DNA of 64,000 nt, taken from positions 375,596,001 to 375,660,000 of the forward strand of contig OZ024742.1 of NCBI GenBank assembly GCA_964016885.1, written 5' to 3'. A model generated the notes under the pieces. It was not told where the DNA came from. It did not search any database and worked only from the letters and a program-made list of their open reading frames with translations. The first letter of the stretch is position 1; each line of letters begins with the position of its first letter. This DNA comes from Eledone cirrhosa. Its lineage: Eukaryota. A program made the position numbers and the translations under genes. Below are positions 28,101-42,400 of this stretch, one piece after another.

Positions 28101-30440
28101 CACACAACACCCAGGTAGTAATGTTAAACTAGACATTAATTCTACCACCCACCACCCAGGTAGTAATGTTTAACTAGTCATTAAATCTACCACACAACAC
28201 CCAGGTGGTAATGTTAAACTAGACATTAAGTGTACCACCCAACACCCAGGTAGTAATGTTAAACTAGACAGTTTATGTCTACCACCCAACACCCAGTTAG
28301 TAATGCTAAACTAGACATTAAGTCTACCACACAACACCCAGGTGGTAATGTTAAACTAGGCATTAAGTCTACCACCCAACACCCAGGTAGTAATGTTAAA
28401 CTAGACAGTTTAAGTCTACCACCCAACACCCAGGTGGTAATGTTAAATTAGACATTAAGTCTACCACCCAACACCCAGGTGGTAATGTTAAACTAGACAT
28501 GAAGTCTACCACCCAACACCCAGGTAGTAATTTTAAACTAGATAGTTTAAGTCTACCACCCAACACCCAGGTATTAATATTAAACTAGACAGGTTAAGTC
28601 TACCACCCACCACCCAGGTAGTAATGTTAAACTAGACATATTAAGTCTACCACCCAACACCCAGGTAGTAATGTTAAACTAGATAGTTTATGTCTACCAC
28701 CCAACACCCAGGTAGTAACGTTAAACTAGACAGGTTAAGTCTACCACCCAACACCCAGGTAGTAATGTTAAACTAGACAGGTTAGGTCTACCACCCAAAA
28801 CACCCAGGTAGTAATGTTAAACTAGACATTAAGTCTTCCACTCAACACCCAGGTAGTAATATTAAACTAGACAGTTTAAGTCTACCACCCAACAACCAGG
28901 TAGTAATGTTAAACTAGATAGGTTAAGTCTACCACCGACCACCCAGGTAGTAATGTTAAACTAGACATTAAGTCTACCACCCAACACCCAGGTGGTAATG
29001 TTAAACTAGACAATAAATCTACCACACAACACTCAGGTGGTAATGTTAAACTAGACATTAAGTCTACCACCCAACACCCAGGTGTTAATGTTAAACTAGA
29101 CATTACGTCTACCACACAACACCCAGGTGGTAATGTTAAACTAGACATTAAGTGTACCACCCAACAACCAGGTAGTAACGTTAAACTAGACATTAAGTCT
29201 ACCACCCAACACCCAGGTAGTAATGTTAAACTAGACATTAAGTCTACCACACAACACCCAGGTGGTAATGTTAAACTAGACATTAAGTCTACCACCCAAC
29301 ACCCAGGTAGTAATGTTAAACTAGACATTAAGTCTACCACCCAACACCCAGGTGGTAATGTTAAACTAGACATTAAGTCTACCACCCAACACCCAGGTGG
29401 TAATGTTAAACTAGATATTAAGTCTTCCACCCAACACCCAGGTAGTAATGTTAAACTAGATAGTTTAAGTCTACCACCCAACACCCAAGTAGTAATGTTA
29501 AACTAGACAGATTAAGTCTACCACCCAACACCCAGGTAGTAATGTTAAACTAGATAGTTTATGTCTACCACCAAACACCCAGGTAGTAATGTTAAACTAG
29601 ACAGGTTAAGTCTACCACCCAACACCCAGGTAGTAATGTTAAACTAGACAGGTTAAGTCTACCACCCAACACCCAGGTAGTAATGTTAAACTAGACATTA
29701 AGTCTACCACACAACACCCAGGTAGTAATGTTAAACTAGACAGGTTAAGTCTACCACACAACACCCAGGTAGTAATGTTAAACTAGACATTAATTCTACC
29801 ACCCACCACCCAGGTAGTAATGTTTAACTAGTCATTAAATCTACCACACAACACCCAGGTGGTAATGTTAAACTAGACATTAAGTGTACCACCCAACACC
29901 CAGGTAGTAATGTTAAACTAGACAGTTTATGTCTACCACCCAACACCCAGTTAGTAATGTTAAACTAGACATTAAGTCTACCACACAACACCCAGGTGGT
30001 AATGTTAAACTAGGCATTAAGTCTACCACCCAACACCCAGGTAGTAATGTTAAACTAGACAGTTTAAGTCTACCACCCAACACCCAGGTGGTAATGTTAA
30101 ATTAGACATTAAGTCTACCACCCAACACCCAGGTGGTAATGTTAAACTAGACATGAAGTCTACCACCCAACACCCAGGTAGTAATTTTAAACTAGATAGT
30201 TTAAGTCTACCACCCAACACCCAGGTATTAATATTAAACTAGACAGGTTAAGTCTACCACCCACCACCCAGGTAGTAATGTTAAACTAGACATATTAAGT
30301 CTACCACCCAACACCCAGGTAGTAATGTTAAACTAGATAGTTTATGTCTACCACCCAACACCCAGGTAGTAACGTTAAACTAGACAGGTTAAGTCTACCA
30401 CCCAACACCCAGGTAGTAATGTTAAACTAGACAGGTTAAG
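12260..30440 (+). repeat. Higher-order duplication: ~12260-15970 recurs at ~26730-30440 (offset 14470)
   Basis: ORF pairs 12740/27210 and 14439/28909. Private variants ACCACCGACC (14461/28931), ACTCAGGTGG (14561/29031) and CCAAACACCC (15101/29571). Confidence 0.85.
23195..25457 (+). repeat. Tandem 1102-bp duplication within the satellite
   Basis: ORF pairs 23120/24222, 23617/24719 and 23633/24735 are all offset by 1102. Shared CAGGGGGTAAT and GGTGGTAATTTT variants. Confidence 0.85.
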
Positions 30441-33400
30441 TCTTCCACCCAAAACACCCAGGTAGTAATGTTAAACTAGACATTAAGTCTACCACTCAAC
30501 ACCCAGGTAGTAATATTAAACTAGACAGTTTAAGTCTACCACCCAACAACCAGGTAGTAATGTTAAACTAGATAGGTTAAGTCTACCACCCAACAACCAG
30601 GTAGTAATGTTAAACTAGACAGGTTAAGTCTACCACACAACACCCAGGTAGTAATGTTAAACCAGACATTAAGTCTACCACACAACACCCAGGTAGTAAT
30701 GTTAAACTAGACATTAAGTCTACCACCCAACACCCAGGTGGTAATGTTAAACTAGACAATAAATCTACCACACAACACCCAGGTGGTAACCTTAAACTAG
30801 ACATTAAGTCTACCACCCAACACCCAGGTGTTAATGTTAAACTAGACATTACGTCTACCACACAACACCCAGGTGGTAATGTTAAACTAGACATTAAGTG
30901 TACCACCCAACAACCAGGTAGTAATGTTAAACTAGACATTAAGTCTACCACCCAACACCCAGGTGGTAATGTTAAACTAGACATTAAGTCTACCACCCAA
31001 CACCCAGGTAGTAATGTTAAACTAGACATTAAGTCTACCACCCAACGCCCAGGTGGTAATGTTAAACTAGACATTAAGTCTACCACCCAACACCCAGGTG
31101 GTAATGTTAAACTAGACATTAAGTCTTCCACCCAACACCCAGGTAGTAATGTTAAACTAGATAGTTTAAGTCTACCACCCAACACCCAAGTAGTAATGTT
31201 AAACTAGACAGATTAAGTCTACCACCCAACACCCAGGTAGTAATGTTAAACTAGATAGTTTATGTCTACCACCCAACACCCAGGTAGTAATGTTAAACTA
31301 GACAGGTTAAGTCTACCACCCAACACCCAGGTAGTAATGTTAAACTAGACAGGTTAAGTCTACCACCCAACACCCAGGTAGTAATGTTAAACTAGACATT
31401 AAGTCTACCACCCAACACCCAGGTAGTAATATTAAACTAGACAGGTTAAGTCTACCACACAACACCCAGGTGGTAATGTTAAACTAGTCAGGTTAAGTCT
31501 ACCACCCAACAGTCAGGTAGTAATGTTAAACTAGACAGATTAAGTCTACCACCTAACACCCAGGTAGTAATGTTAAACTAGACAGTTTAAGTCTACCACC
31601 CAACAACCAGGTAGTAATGTTAAACTAGACAGGTTAAGTCTACCACACAACACCCAGGTAGTAATGTTAAACTAGACATTAACTCTACCACACAACACCC
31701 AGGTAGTAATGTTAAACTAGACATTAAGTCTACCACCCAACACCCAGGTGGTAACGTTAAACTAGACAATAAATCTACCACACAACACCCAGGTGGTAAT
31801 GTTAAACTAGACATTAAGTCTACCACCCAACACCCAGGTGGTAATTTTAAACTAGACATTACGTCTACCACACAACACCCAGGGGGTAATGTTAAACTAG
31901 ACATTAAGTGTACCACCCAACACCCAGTTAGTAATGTTAAACTAGACATTAAGTCTACCACACAACACCCAGGTGGTAATGTTAAACTAGACAAATTAAG
32001 TCTACCACCCAACACCCAGGTAGTAATGTTAAACTAGATAGTTGAAGTCTACCCCCCCCCAACAACCAGATAGTAATGTTAAACTAGACATTAACTCTAC
32101 CACCCAACACCCAAGTAGTAATCTTAAACTAGACATTAACTCTACCACCCAACACCCAGGTAGTAATGTTAAACTAGAAATTAAGACTACCACACAACAC
32201 CCAGGTAGTAATGTTAAACTAGACATTAAGTCTACCACCCAACACCCAGGTAGTAATGTTAAACTAGACATTAAGTCTACCACACAACACCCATGTGGTA
32301 ATGTTAAACTAGGCATTAAGTCTACCACCCAACACCCAGGTAGTAATGTTAAATTAGACAGTTTAAGTCTACCACCCAACACCCAGGTGGTTATGTTAAA
32401 TTAGACATTAAGTCTACCACCCAACACCCAGATGGTAATGTTAAACTAGACATGAAGTCTACCACCCAACACCCAGGTAGTAATTTTAAACTAGATAGTT
32501 TAAGTCTACTACCCAACACCCAGGTATTAATATTAAACTAGACAGGTTAAGTCTACCACCCACCACCCAGGTAGTAAAGTTAAACTAGACAGATTAAGTC
32601 TACCACCCAACACCCAGGTAGTAATGTTAAACTAGATAGTTTATGTCTACCACCCAACACCCAGGTAGTAACGTTAAACTAGACAGGTTAAGTCTACCAC
32701 CCAACACCCAGGTAGTAATGTTAAACTAGACAGGTTAAGTCTACCACCCAAAACACCCAGGTAGTAATGTTAAACTAGACATTAAGTCTACCACCCAACA
32801 CCCAGGTAGTAATATTAAACTAGACAGTTTAAGTCTACCACCCAACAACCAGGTAGTAATGTTAAACTAGACAGGTTAAGTCTACCACACAACACCCAGG
32901 TAGTAATGTTAAACTAGACATTAAGTCTACCACCCAACACCCAGGTGGTAATGTTAAACTAGACAATAAATCTACCACACAACACCCAGGTGGTAATGTT
33001 AAACTAGACATTAAGTCTATCACCCAACACCCAGGTGTTAATGTTAAACTAGACATTACGTCTACCACACAACACCCAGGTGGTAATGTTAAACTAGACA
33101 TTAAGTGTACCACCCAACAACCAGGTAGTAATGTTAAACTAGACATTAAGTCTACCACACAACACCCAGGTGGTAATGTTAAACTAGACATTAAGTCTAC
33201 CACCCAACACCCAGGTAGTAATGTTAAACTAGACATTAAGTCTACCACCCAACACCCAGGTGGTAATGTTAAACTAGACATTAAGTCTACCACCCAACAC
33301 CCAGGTGGTAATGTTAAACTAGACATTAAGTCTTCCACCCAACACCCAGGTAGTAATGTTAAACTAGATAGTTTAAGTCTACCACCCAACACCCAAGTAG

Positions 33401-36400
33401 TAATGTTATACTAGACAGATTAAGTCTACCACCCAACACCCAGGTAGTAATGTTAAACTAGATAGTTTATGTCTACCACCCAACACCCAGGTAGTAATGT
33501 TAAACTAGACAGGTTAAGTCTACCACCCAACACCCAGGTAGTAATGTTAAACTAGACAGGTTAAGTCTACCACCCAACACCCAGGTAGTAATGTTAAACT
33601 AGACATTAAGTCTACCACACAACACCCAGGTAGTAATGTTAAACTAGACAGGTTAAGTCTACCACACAACACCCAGGTAGTAATGTTAAACTAGACATTA
33701 ATTCTACCACCCACCACCCAGGTAGTAATGTTTAACTAGTCATTAAATCTACCACACAACACCCAGGTGGTAATGTTAAACTAGACATTAAGTGTACCAC
33801 CCAACACCCAGGTAGTAATGTTAAACTAGACAGTTTATGTCTACCACCCAACACCCAGTTAGTAATGTTAAACTAGACATTAAGTCTACCACACAACACC
33901 CAGGTGGTAATGTTAAACTAGGCATTAAGTCTACCACCCAACACCCAGGTAGTAATGTTAAACTAGACAGTTTAAGTCTACCACCCAACACCCAGGTGGT
34001 AATGTTAAATTAGACATTAAGTCTACCACCCAACACCCAGGTGGTAATGTTAAACTAGACATGAAGTCTACCACCCAACACCCAGGTAGTAATTTTAAAC
34101 TAGAAAGTTTAAGTCTACCACCCAACACCCAGGTATTAATATTAAACTAGACAGGTTAAGTCTACCACCCACCACCCAGGTAGTAATGTTAAACTAGACA
34201 TATTAAGTCTACCACCCAACACCCAGGTAGTAATGTTAAACTAGATAGTTTATGTCTACCACCCAACACCCAGGTAGTAACGTTAAACTAGACAGGTTAA
34301 GTCTACCACCCAACACCCAGGTAGTAATGTTAAACTAGACAGGTTAAGTCTACCACCCAAAACACCCAGGTAGTAATGTTAAACTAGACATTAAGTCTAC
34401 CACTCAACACCCAGGTAGTAATATTAAACTAGACAGTTTAAGTCTACCACCCAACAACCAGGTAGTAATGTTAAACTAGATAGGTTAAGTCTACCACCCA
34501 ACAACCAGGTAGTAATGTTAAACTAGACAGGTTAAGTCTACCACACAACACCCAGGTAGTAATGTTAAACCAGACATTAAGTCTACCACACAACACCCAG
34601 GTAGTAATGTTAAACTAGACATTAAGTCTACCACCCAACACCCAGGTGGTAATGTTAAACTAGACAATAAATCTACCACACATCACCCAGGTGGTAACGT
34701 TAAACTAGACATTAAGTCTACCACCCAACACCCAGGTGTTAATGTTAAACTAGACATTACGTCTACCACACAACACCCAGGTGGTAATGTTAAACTAGAC
34801 ATTAAGTGTACCACCCAACAACCAGGTAGTAATGTTAAACTAGACATTAAGTCTACCACCCAACACCCAGGTAGTAATGTTAAACTAGACATTAAGTCTA
34901 CCACACAACACCCAGGTGGTAATGTTAAACTAGACATTAAGTCTACCACCCAACACCCAGGTGGTAATGTTAAACTAGACATTAAGTCTACCACCCAACA
35001 CCCAGGTGGTAATGTTAAACTAGATAGTTTAAGTCTACCACCCAACACCCAAGTAGTAATGTTAAACTAGACAGATTAAGTCTACCACCCAACACCCAGG
35101 TAGTAATGTTAAACTAGATAGTTTATGTCTACCACCCAACACCCAGGTAGTAATGTTAAACTAGACAGGTTAAGTCTACCACCCAACACCCAGGTAGTAA
35201 TGTTAAACTAGACAGGTTAAGTCTACCACCCAACACCCACGTAGTAATGTTAAACTAGACATTAAGTCTACCACCCAACACCCAGGTAGTAATATTAAAC
35301 TAGACAGGTTAAGTCTACCACACAACACCCAGGTGGTAATGTTAAACTAGACAGGTTAAGTCTACCACCCAACAGCCAGGTAGTAATGTTAAACTAGACA
35401 GATTAAGTCTACCACCTAACACCCAGGTAGTAATGTTAAACTAGACAGTTTAAGTCTACCACCCAACAACCAGGTAGTAATGTTAAACTAGACAGGTTAA
35501 GTCTACCACACAACACCCAGGTAGTAATGTTAAACTAGACATTAAGTCTACCACACAACACCCAGGTAGTAATGTTAAACTAGACATTAAGTCTACCACC
35601 CAACACCCAGGTGGTAACGTTAAACTAGACAATAAATCTACCACACAACACCCAGGTGGTAATGTTAAACTAGACATTAAGTCTACCACCCAACACCCAG
35701 GTGGTAATGTTAAACTAGACATTACGTCTACCACACAACACCCAGGTGCTAACGTTAAACTAGACATTAAGTGTACCACCCAACAACCAGGTGGTAATGT
35801 TAAACTAGACATTAAGACTACCACCCAACACCCAGGTAGTAATATTAAACTAGACAGGTTAAGTCTACCACCCAACAACCAGGTAGTAATGTTAAACTAG
35901 ATAGGTTAAGTCTACCACCCAACACACAGGTAGTAATGTTAAACTAGACAGGTTAAGTCTACCACACAACAACCAGGTAGTAATGTTAAACTAGACAGGT
36001 TAAGTCTACCACACAACAACCAGGTAGTAATGTTAAACTAGACATTAAGTCTACCATCCAACACCCAGGTAATAATGTTAAACTAGATATTAAGTCTACC
36101 ACCCAACACCCAGGTGGTAATGTTAAACTAGACAATAAATCTACCACACAACACCCAGGTGGTAATGTTAAACTAGACATTAAGTCTACCACCCAACACC
36201 CAGGTGGTAATGTTAAACTAGACATTACGTCTACCACACAACACCCAGGTGCTAACGTTAAACTAGACATTAAGTGTACCACCCAACAACCAGGTAGTGA
36301 TGTTAAACTAGACATTAAGTCTACCACCCAACACCCAGGTAGTAATGTTAAACTAGACATTAAGTCTACCACACAACATGCAGGTGGTAATGTTAAACTA

Positions 36401-39400
36401 GACAAATTAAGTCTATCACCCAACACCCAGGTAGTAATGTTAAACTAGATAGTTGAAGTCTACCCCCCAACAACCAGGTGGTAATGTTAAACTAGACAGT
36501 TTATGTCTACCACCCAACACCCAGGTAGTAATGTTAAACTAGACATTAACTCTACCACCCAACACCCAGGTAGTAATCTTAAACTAGACATTAACTCTAC
36601 CACCCAACACCCAGGTAGTAATGTTAAACTAGACATTAAGTCTACCACCCCAACACCCAGGTAGTAATGTTAAACTAGACAGGTTAAGTCTACCACCCAA
36701 CACCCAGGTAGTAATGTTAAACTAGACAGTTTATCTCTACCACCCAACACCCAGTTAGTAATGTTAAACTAGACATTAAGTCTACCACACAACACCCAGG
36801 TGGTAATGTTAAACTAGGCATTAAGTCTACCACCCAACACCCAGGTAGTAATGTTAAACTAGACAGTTTAAATCTACCACCCAACACCCAGGTGGTAATG
36901 TTATATTAGACATTAAGTCTACCACCCAACACCCAGGTGGTAATGTTAAACTAGACATGAAGTCTACCACCCAACACCCAGGTAGTAATTTTAAACTAGA
37001 TAGTTTAAGTCTACCACCCAACACCCAGGTATTAATATTAAACTAGACAGGTTAAGTCTACCACCCACCACCCAGGTAGTAATGTTAAATTAGACAGATT
37101 AAGTCTACCACCCAACACCCAGGTAGTAATATTAAACTAGACAGTTTAAGTCTACCACCCAACAACCAGGTAGTAATGTTAAACTAGATAGGTTAAGTCT
37201 ACCACCCAACAACCAGGTAGTAATGTTAAACTAGACAGGTTAAGTCTACCACACAACACCCAGGTAGTAATGTTAAACCAGACATTAAGTCTACCACACA
37301 ACACCCAGGTAGTAATGTTAAACTAGACATTAAGTCTACCACCCAACACCCAGGTAGTAATTTTAAACTAGATAGTTTAAGTCTACCACCCAACACCCAG
37401 GTATTAATATTAAACTAGACAGGTTAAGTCTACCACCCACCACCCAGGTAGTAATGTTAAATTAGACAGATTAAGTCTACCACCCAACACCCAGGTAGTA
37501 ATATTAAACTAGACAGTTTAAGTCTACCACCCAACAACCAGGTAGTAATGTTTAACTAGTCATTAAATCTACCACACAACACCCAGGTGGTAATGTTAAA
37601 CTAGACATTAAGTGTACCACCCAACACCCAGGTAGTAATGTTAAACTAGACAGTTTATGTCTACCACCCAACACCCAGTTAGTAATGTTAAACTAGACAT
37701 TAAGTCTACCACACAACACCCAGGTGGTAATGTTAAACTAGACAATAAATCTACCACACAACACCCAGGTGGTAATGTTAAACTAGACATTAAGTCTACC
37801 ACCCAACACCCAGGTGTTAATGTTAAACTAGACATTACGTCTACCACACAACACCCAGGTGGTAATGTTAAACTAGACATTAAGTGTACCACCCAACAAC
37901 CAGGTAGTAATGTTAAACTAGACATTAAGTCTACCACCCAACACCCAGGTAGTAATGTTAAACTAGACATTAAGTCTAACACACAACACCCAGGTGGTAA
38001 TGTTAAACTAGACATTAAGTCTACCACCCAACACCCAGGTAGTAATGTTAAACTAGACATTAAGTCTACCACCCAACACCCAGGTGGTAATGTTAAACTA
38101 GACATTAAGTCTACCACACAACACCCAGGTGGTAATGTTAAACTAGACATTAAGTCTTCCACCCAACACCCAGGTAGTAATGTTAAACTAGATAGTTTAA
38201 GTCTACCACCCAACACCCAAGTAGTAATGTTAAACTAGACAGATTAAGTCTACCACCCAACACCCAGGTAGTAATGTTAAACTAGATAGTTTATGTCTAC
38301 CACCCAACACCCAGGTAGTAATGTTAAACTAGACAGGTTAAGTCTACCACCCAACACCCAGGTAGTAATGTTAAACTAGACAGGTTAAGTCTACCACCCA
38401 ACACCCAGGTAGTAATGTTAAACTAGACATTAAGTCTACCACACAACACCCAGGTAGTAATGTTAAACTAGACAGGTTAAGTCTACCACACAACACCCAG
38501 GTAGTAATGTTAAACTAGACATTAATTCTACCACCCACCACCCAGGTAGTAATGTTTAACTAGTCATTAAATCTACCACACAACACCCAGGTGGTAATGT
38601 TAAACTAGACATTAAGTGTACCACCCAACACCCAGGTAGTAATGTTAAACTAGACAGTTTATGTCTACCACCCAACATCCAGTTAGTAATGTTAAACTAG
38701 ACATTAAGTCTACCACACAACACCCAGTTGGTAATGTTAAACTAGGCATTAAGTCTACCACCCAACACCCAGGTAGTAATGTTAAACTAGACAGTTTAAT
38801 TCTACCACCCAACACCCAGGTGGTAATGTTAAATTAGACATTAAGTCTACCACCCAACACCCAGGTGGTAATGTTAAACTAGACATGAAGTCTACCACCC
38901 AACACCCAGGTAGTAATTTTAAACTAGATAGTTTAAGTCTACCACCCAACACCCAGGTATTAATATTAAACTAGACAGGTTAAGTCTACCACCCACCACC
39001 CAGGTAGTAATGTTAAACTAGACATATTAAGTCTACCACCCAACACCCAGGTAGTAATGTTAAACTAGATAGTTTATGTCTACCACCCAACACCCAGGTA
39101 GTAACGTTAAACTAGACAGGTTAAGTCTACCACCCAACACCCAGGTAGTAATGTTAAACTAGACAGGTTAAGTCTACCACCCAAAACACCCAGGTAGTAA
39201 TGTTAAACTAGACATTACGTCTACCACTCAACACACAGGTAGTAATATTAAACTAGACAGTTTAAGTCTACCACCCAACAACCAGGTAGTAATGTTAAAC
39301 TAGATAGGTTAAGTCTACCACCCAACAACCAGGTAGTAATGTTAAACTAGACAGGTTAAGTCTACCACACAACACCCAGGTAGTAATGTTAAACCAGACA

Positions 39401-42400
39401 TTAAGTCTACCACACAACACCCAGGTAGTAATGTTAAACTAGACATTAAGTCTACCACCCAACACCCAGGTGGTAATGTTAAACTAGACAATAAATCTAC
39501 CACATAACACCCACGTGGTAACGTTAAACTAGACATTAAGTCTACCACCCAACACCCAGGTGTTAATGTTAAACTAGACATTACGTCTACCACACAACAC
39601 CCAGGTGGTAATGTTAAACTAGACATTAAGTGTACCACCCAACAACCAGGTAGTAATGTTAAACTAGACATTAAGTCTACCACCCAACACCCAGGTAGTA
39701 ATGTTAAACTAGACATTAAGTCTACCACACAACACCCAGGTGGTAATGTTAAACTAGACATTAAGTCTACCACCCAACACCCAGGTAGTAATGTTAAACT
39801 AGACATTAAGTCTACCACCCAACACCCAGGTGGTAATGTTAAACTAGACATTAAGTCTACCACCCAACACCCAGGTGGTAATGTTAAACTAGACATTAAG
39901 TCTTCCACCCAACACCCAGGTAGTAATGTTAAACTAGATAGTTTAAGTCTACCACCCAACACCCAAGTAGTAATGTTAAACTAGACAGGTTAAGTCTACC
40001 ACCCAACACCCAGGTAGTAATGTTAAACTAGACAGGTTAAGTCTACCACCCAACACCCAGGTAGTAATGTTAAACTAGACATTAAGTCTACCACCCAACA
40101 CCCAGGTAGTAATATTAAACTAGACAGGTTAAGTCTACCACACAACACCCAGGTGGTAATGTTAAACTAGACAGGTTAAGTCTACCACCCAACAGTCAGG
40201 TAGTAATGTTAAACTAGACAGATTAAGTCTACCACCTAACACCCAGGTAGTAATGTTAAACTAGACAGTTTAAGTCTACCACCCAACAACCAGGTAGTAA
40301 TGTTAAACTAGATAGATTAAGTCTACCACCCAACAACCAGATAGTAATGTTAAACTAGACAGGTTAAGTCTACCACACAACACCCAGGTAGTAATGTTAA
40401 ACTAGACATTAAGTCTACCACACAACACCCAGGTAGTAATGTTAAACTAGACATTAAGTCTACCACCCAACACCCAGGTGGTAATTTTAAACTAGACATT
40501 ACGGCTACCACACAACACCCAGGGGGTAATGTTAAACTAGACATTAAGTGTACCACCCAACACCCAGTTAGTAATGTTAAACTAGACATTAAGTCTACCA
40601 CACAACACCCAGGTGGTAATGTTAAACTAGACAAATTAAGTCTACCACCCAACACCCAGGTAGTAATGTTAAACTAGATAGTTGAAGTCTACCCCCCCCC
40701 CAACAACCAGGTAGTAATGTTAAACTAGACATTAACTCTACCACCCAACACCCAGGTAGTAATCTTAAACTAGACATTAACTCTACCACCCAACACCCAG
40801 GTAGTAATGTTAAACTAGACATTAAGTCTACCACACAACACCCAGGTAGTAATGTTAAACTAGACATTAAGTCTACCACCCAACACCCAGGTAGTAATGT
40901 TAAACTAGACATTAAGTCTACCACACAACACCCAGGTAGTAATGTTAAACTAGACATTAAGTCTACCACCCAACACCCAGGTAGTAATGTTAAACTAGAC
41001 ATTAAGTCTACCACACAACACCCAGGTAGTAATGTTAAACTAGACAGGTTAAGTGTACCACCCAACACCCAGGTGGTAATGTTAAACTAGACATTAAGTC
41101 TACCACCCAACACCCAGGTAGTAATGTTAAACTAGATAGTTTAAGTCTATCACCCAACACCTAGGTATTAATATTAAACTAGACAGGTTAAGTCTACCAC
41201 CCAACACCCAGGTAGTAATGTTACACTAGACATTAAGTCTACCACCCAACACCCAGGTAGTAATGTTAAACTAGATAGTTTAAGTCTACCACCCAACACC
41301 TAGGTATTAATATTAAACTAGACAGGTTAAGTCTACCACCCAACACCCAGGTGGTAATGTTAAACTAGACATTAAGTCTACCACCCAACACCCAGGTAGT
41401 AATGTTAAACTAGATAGTTAAAGTCTACCACCCAACATCTAGGTATTAATATTAAACTAGACAGGTTAAGTCTACCACCCAACACCCAGGTACTAATGTT
41501 AAACTAGACATTAAGTCTACCACCCAACACCCAGGTAGTAATGTTAAACTAGACAGATTAAGTCTACCACCCAACACCCAGGTAGTAATATTAAACTAGA
41601 CAGGTTAAGTCTACCACACAACACTCAGGTGGTAATGTTAAACTAGACAGGTTAAGTCTACCACCCAACACCCAGGTAGTAATGTTAAACTAGACAGATT
41701 AAGTCTACCACCCAACACCCAGGTAGTAATATTAAACTAGACAGGTTAAGTCTACCACACAACACCCAGGTGGTAATGTTAAACTAGACAGGTTAAGTCT
41801 ACCACCCAACACCCAGGTAGTAATGTTAAACTAGACAGATTAAGTCTACCACCTAACACCCAGGTAGTAATGTTAAACTAGACAGTTTAAGTCTACCACC
41901 CAACAACCAGGTAGTAATGTTAAACTAGATAGGTTAAGTCTACCACCCAACAACCAGGTAGTAATGTTAAACTAGACAGGTTAAGTCTACCACACAACAC
42001 CCAGGTAGTAATGTTAAACTAGACATTAAGTCTACCACACAACACCCAGGTAGTAATGTTAAACTAGACATTAAGTCTACCACCCAACACCCAGGTGGTA
42101 ACGTTAAACTAGACAATAAATCTACCACACAACACCCAGGTGGTAATGTTAAACTAGACATTAAGTCTACCACCCAACACCCAGGTGGTAATTTTAAACT
42201 AGACATTACGTCTACCACACAACACCCAGGGGGTAATGTTAAACTAGACATTAAGTGTACCACCCAACACCCAGTTAGTAATGTTAAACTAGACATTAAG
42301 TCTACCACACAACACCCAGGTGGTAATGTTAAACTAGACAAATTAAGTCTACCACCCAACACCCAGGTAGTAATGTTAAACTAGATAGTTGAAGTCTACC

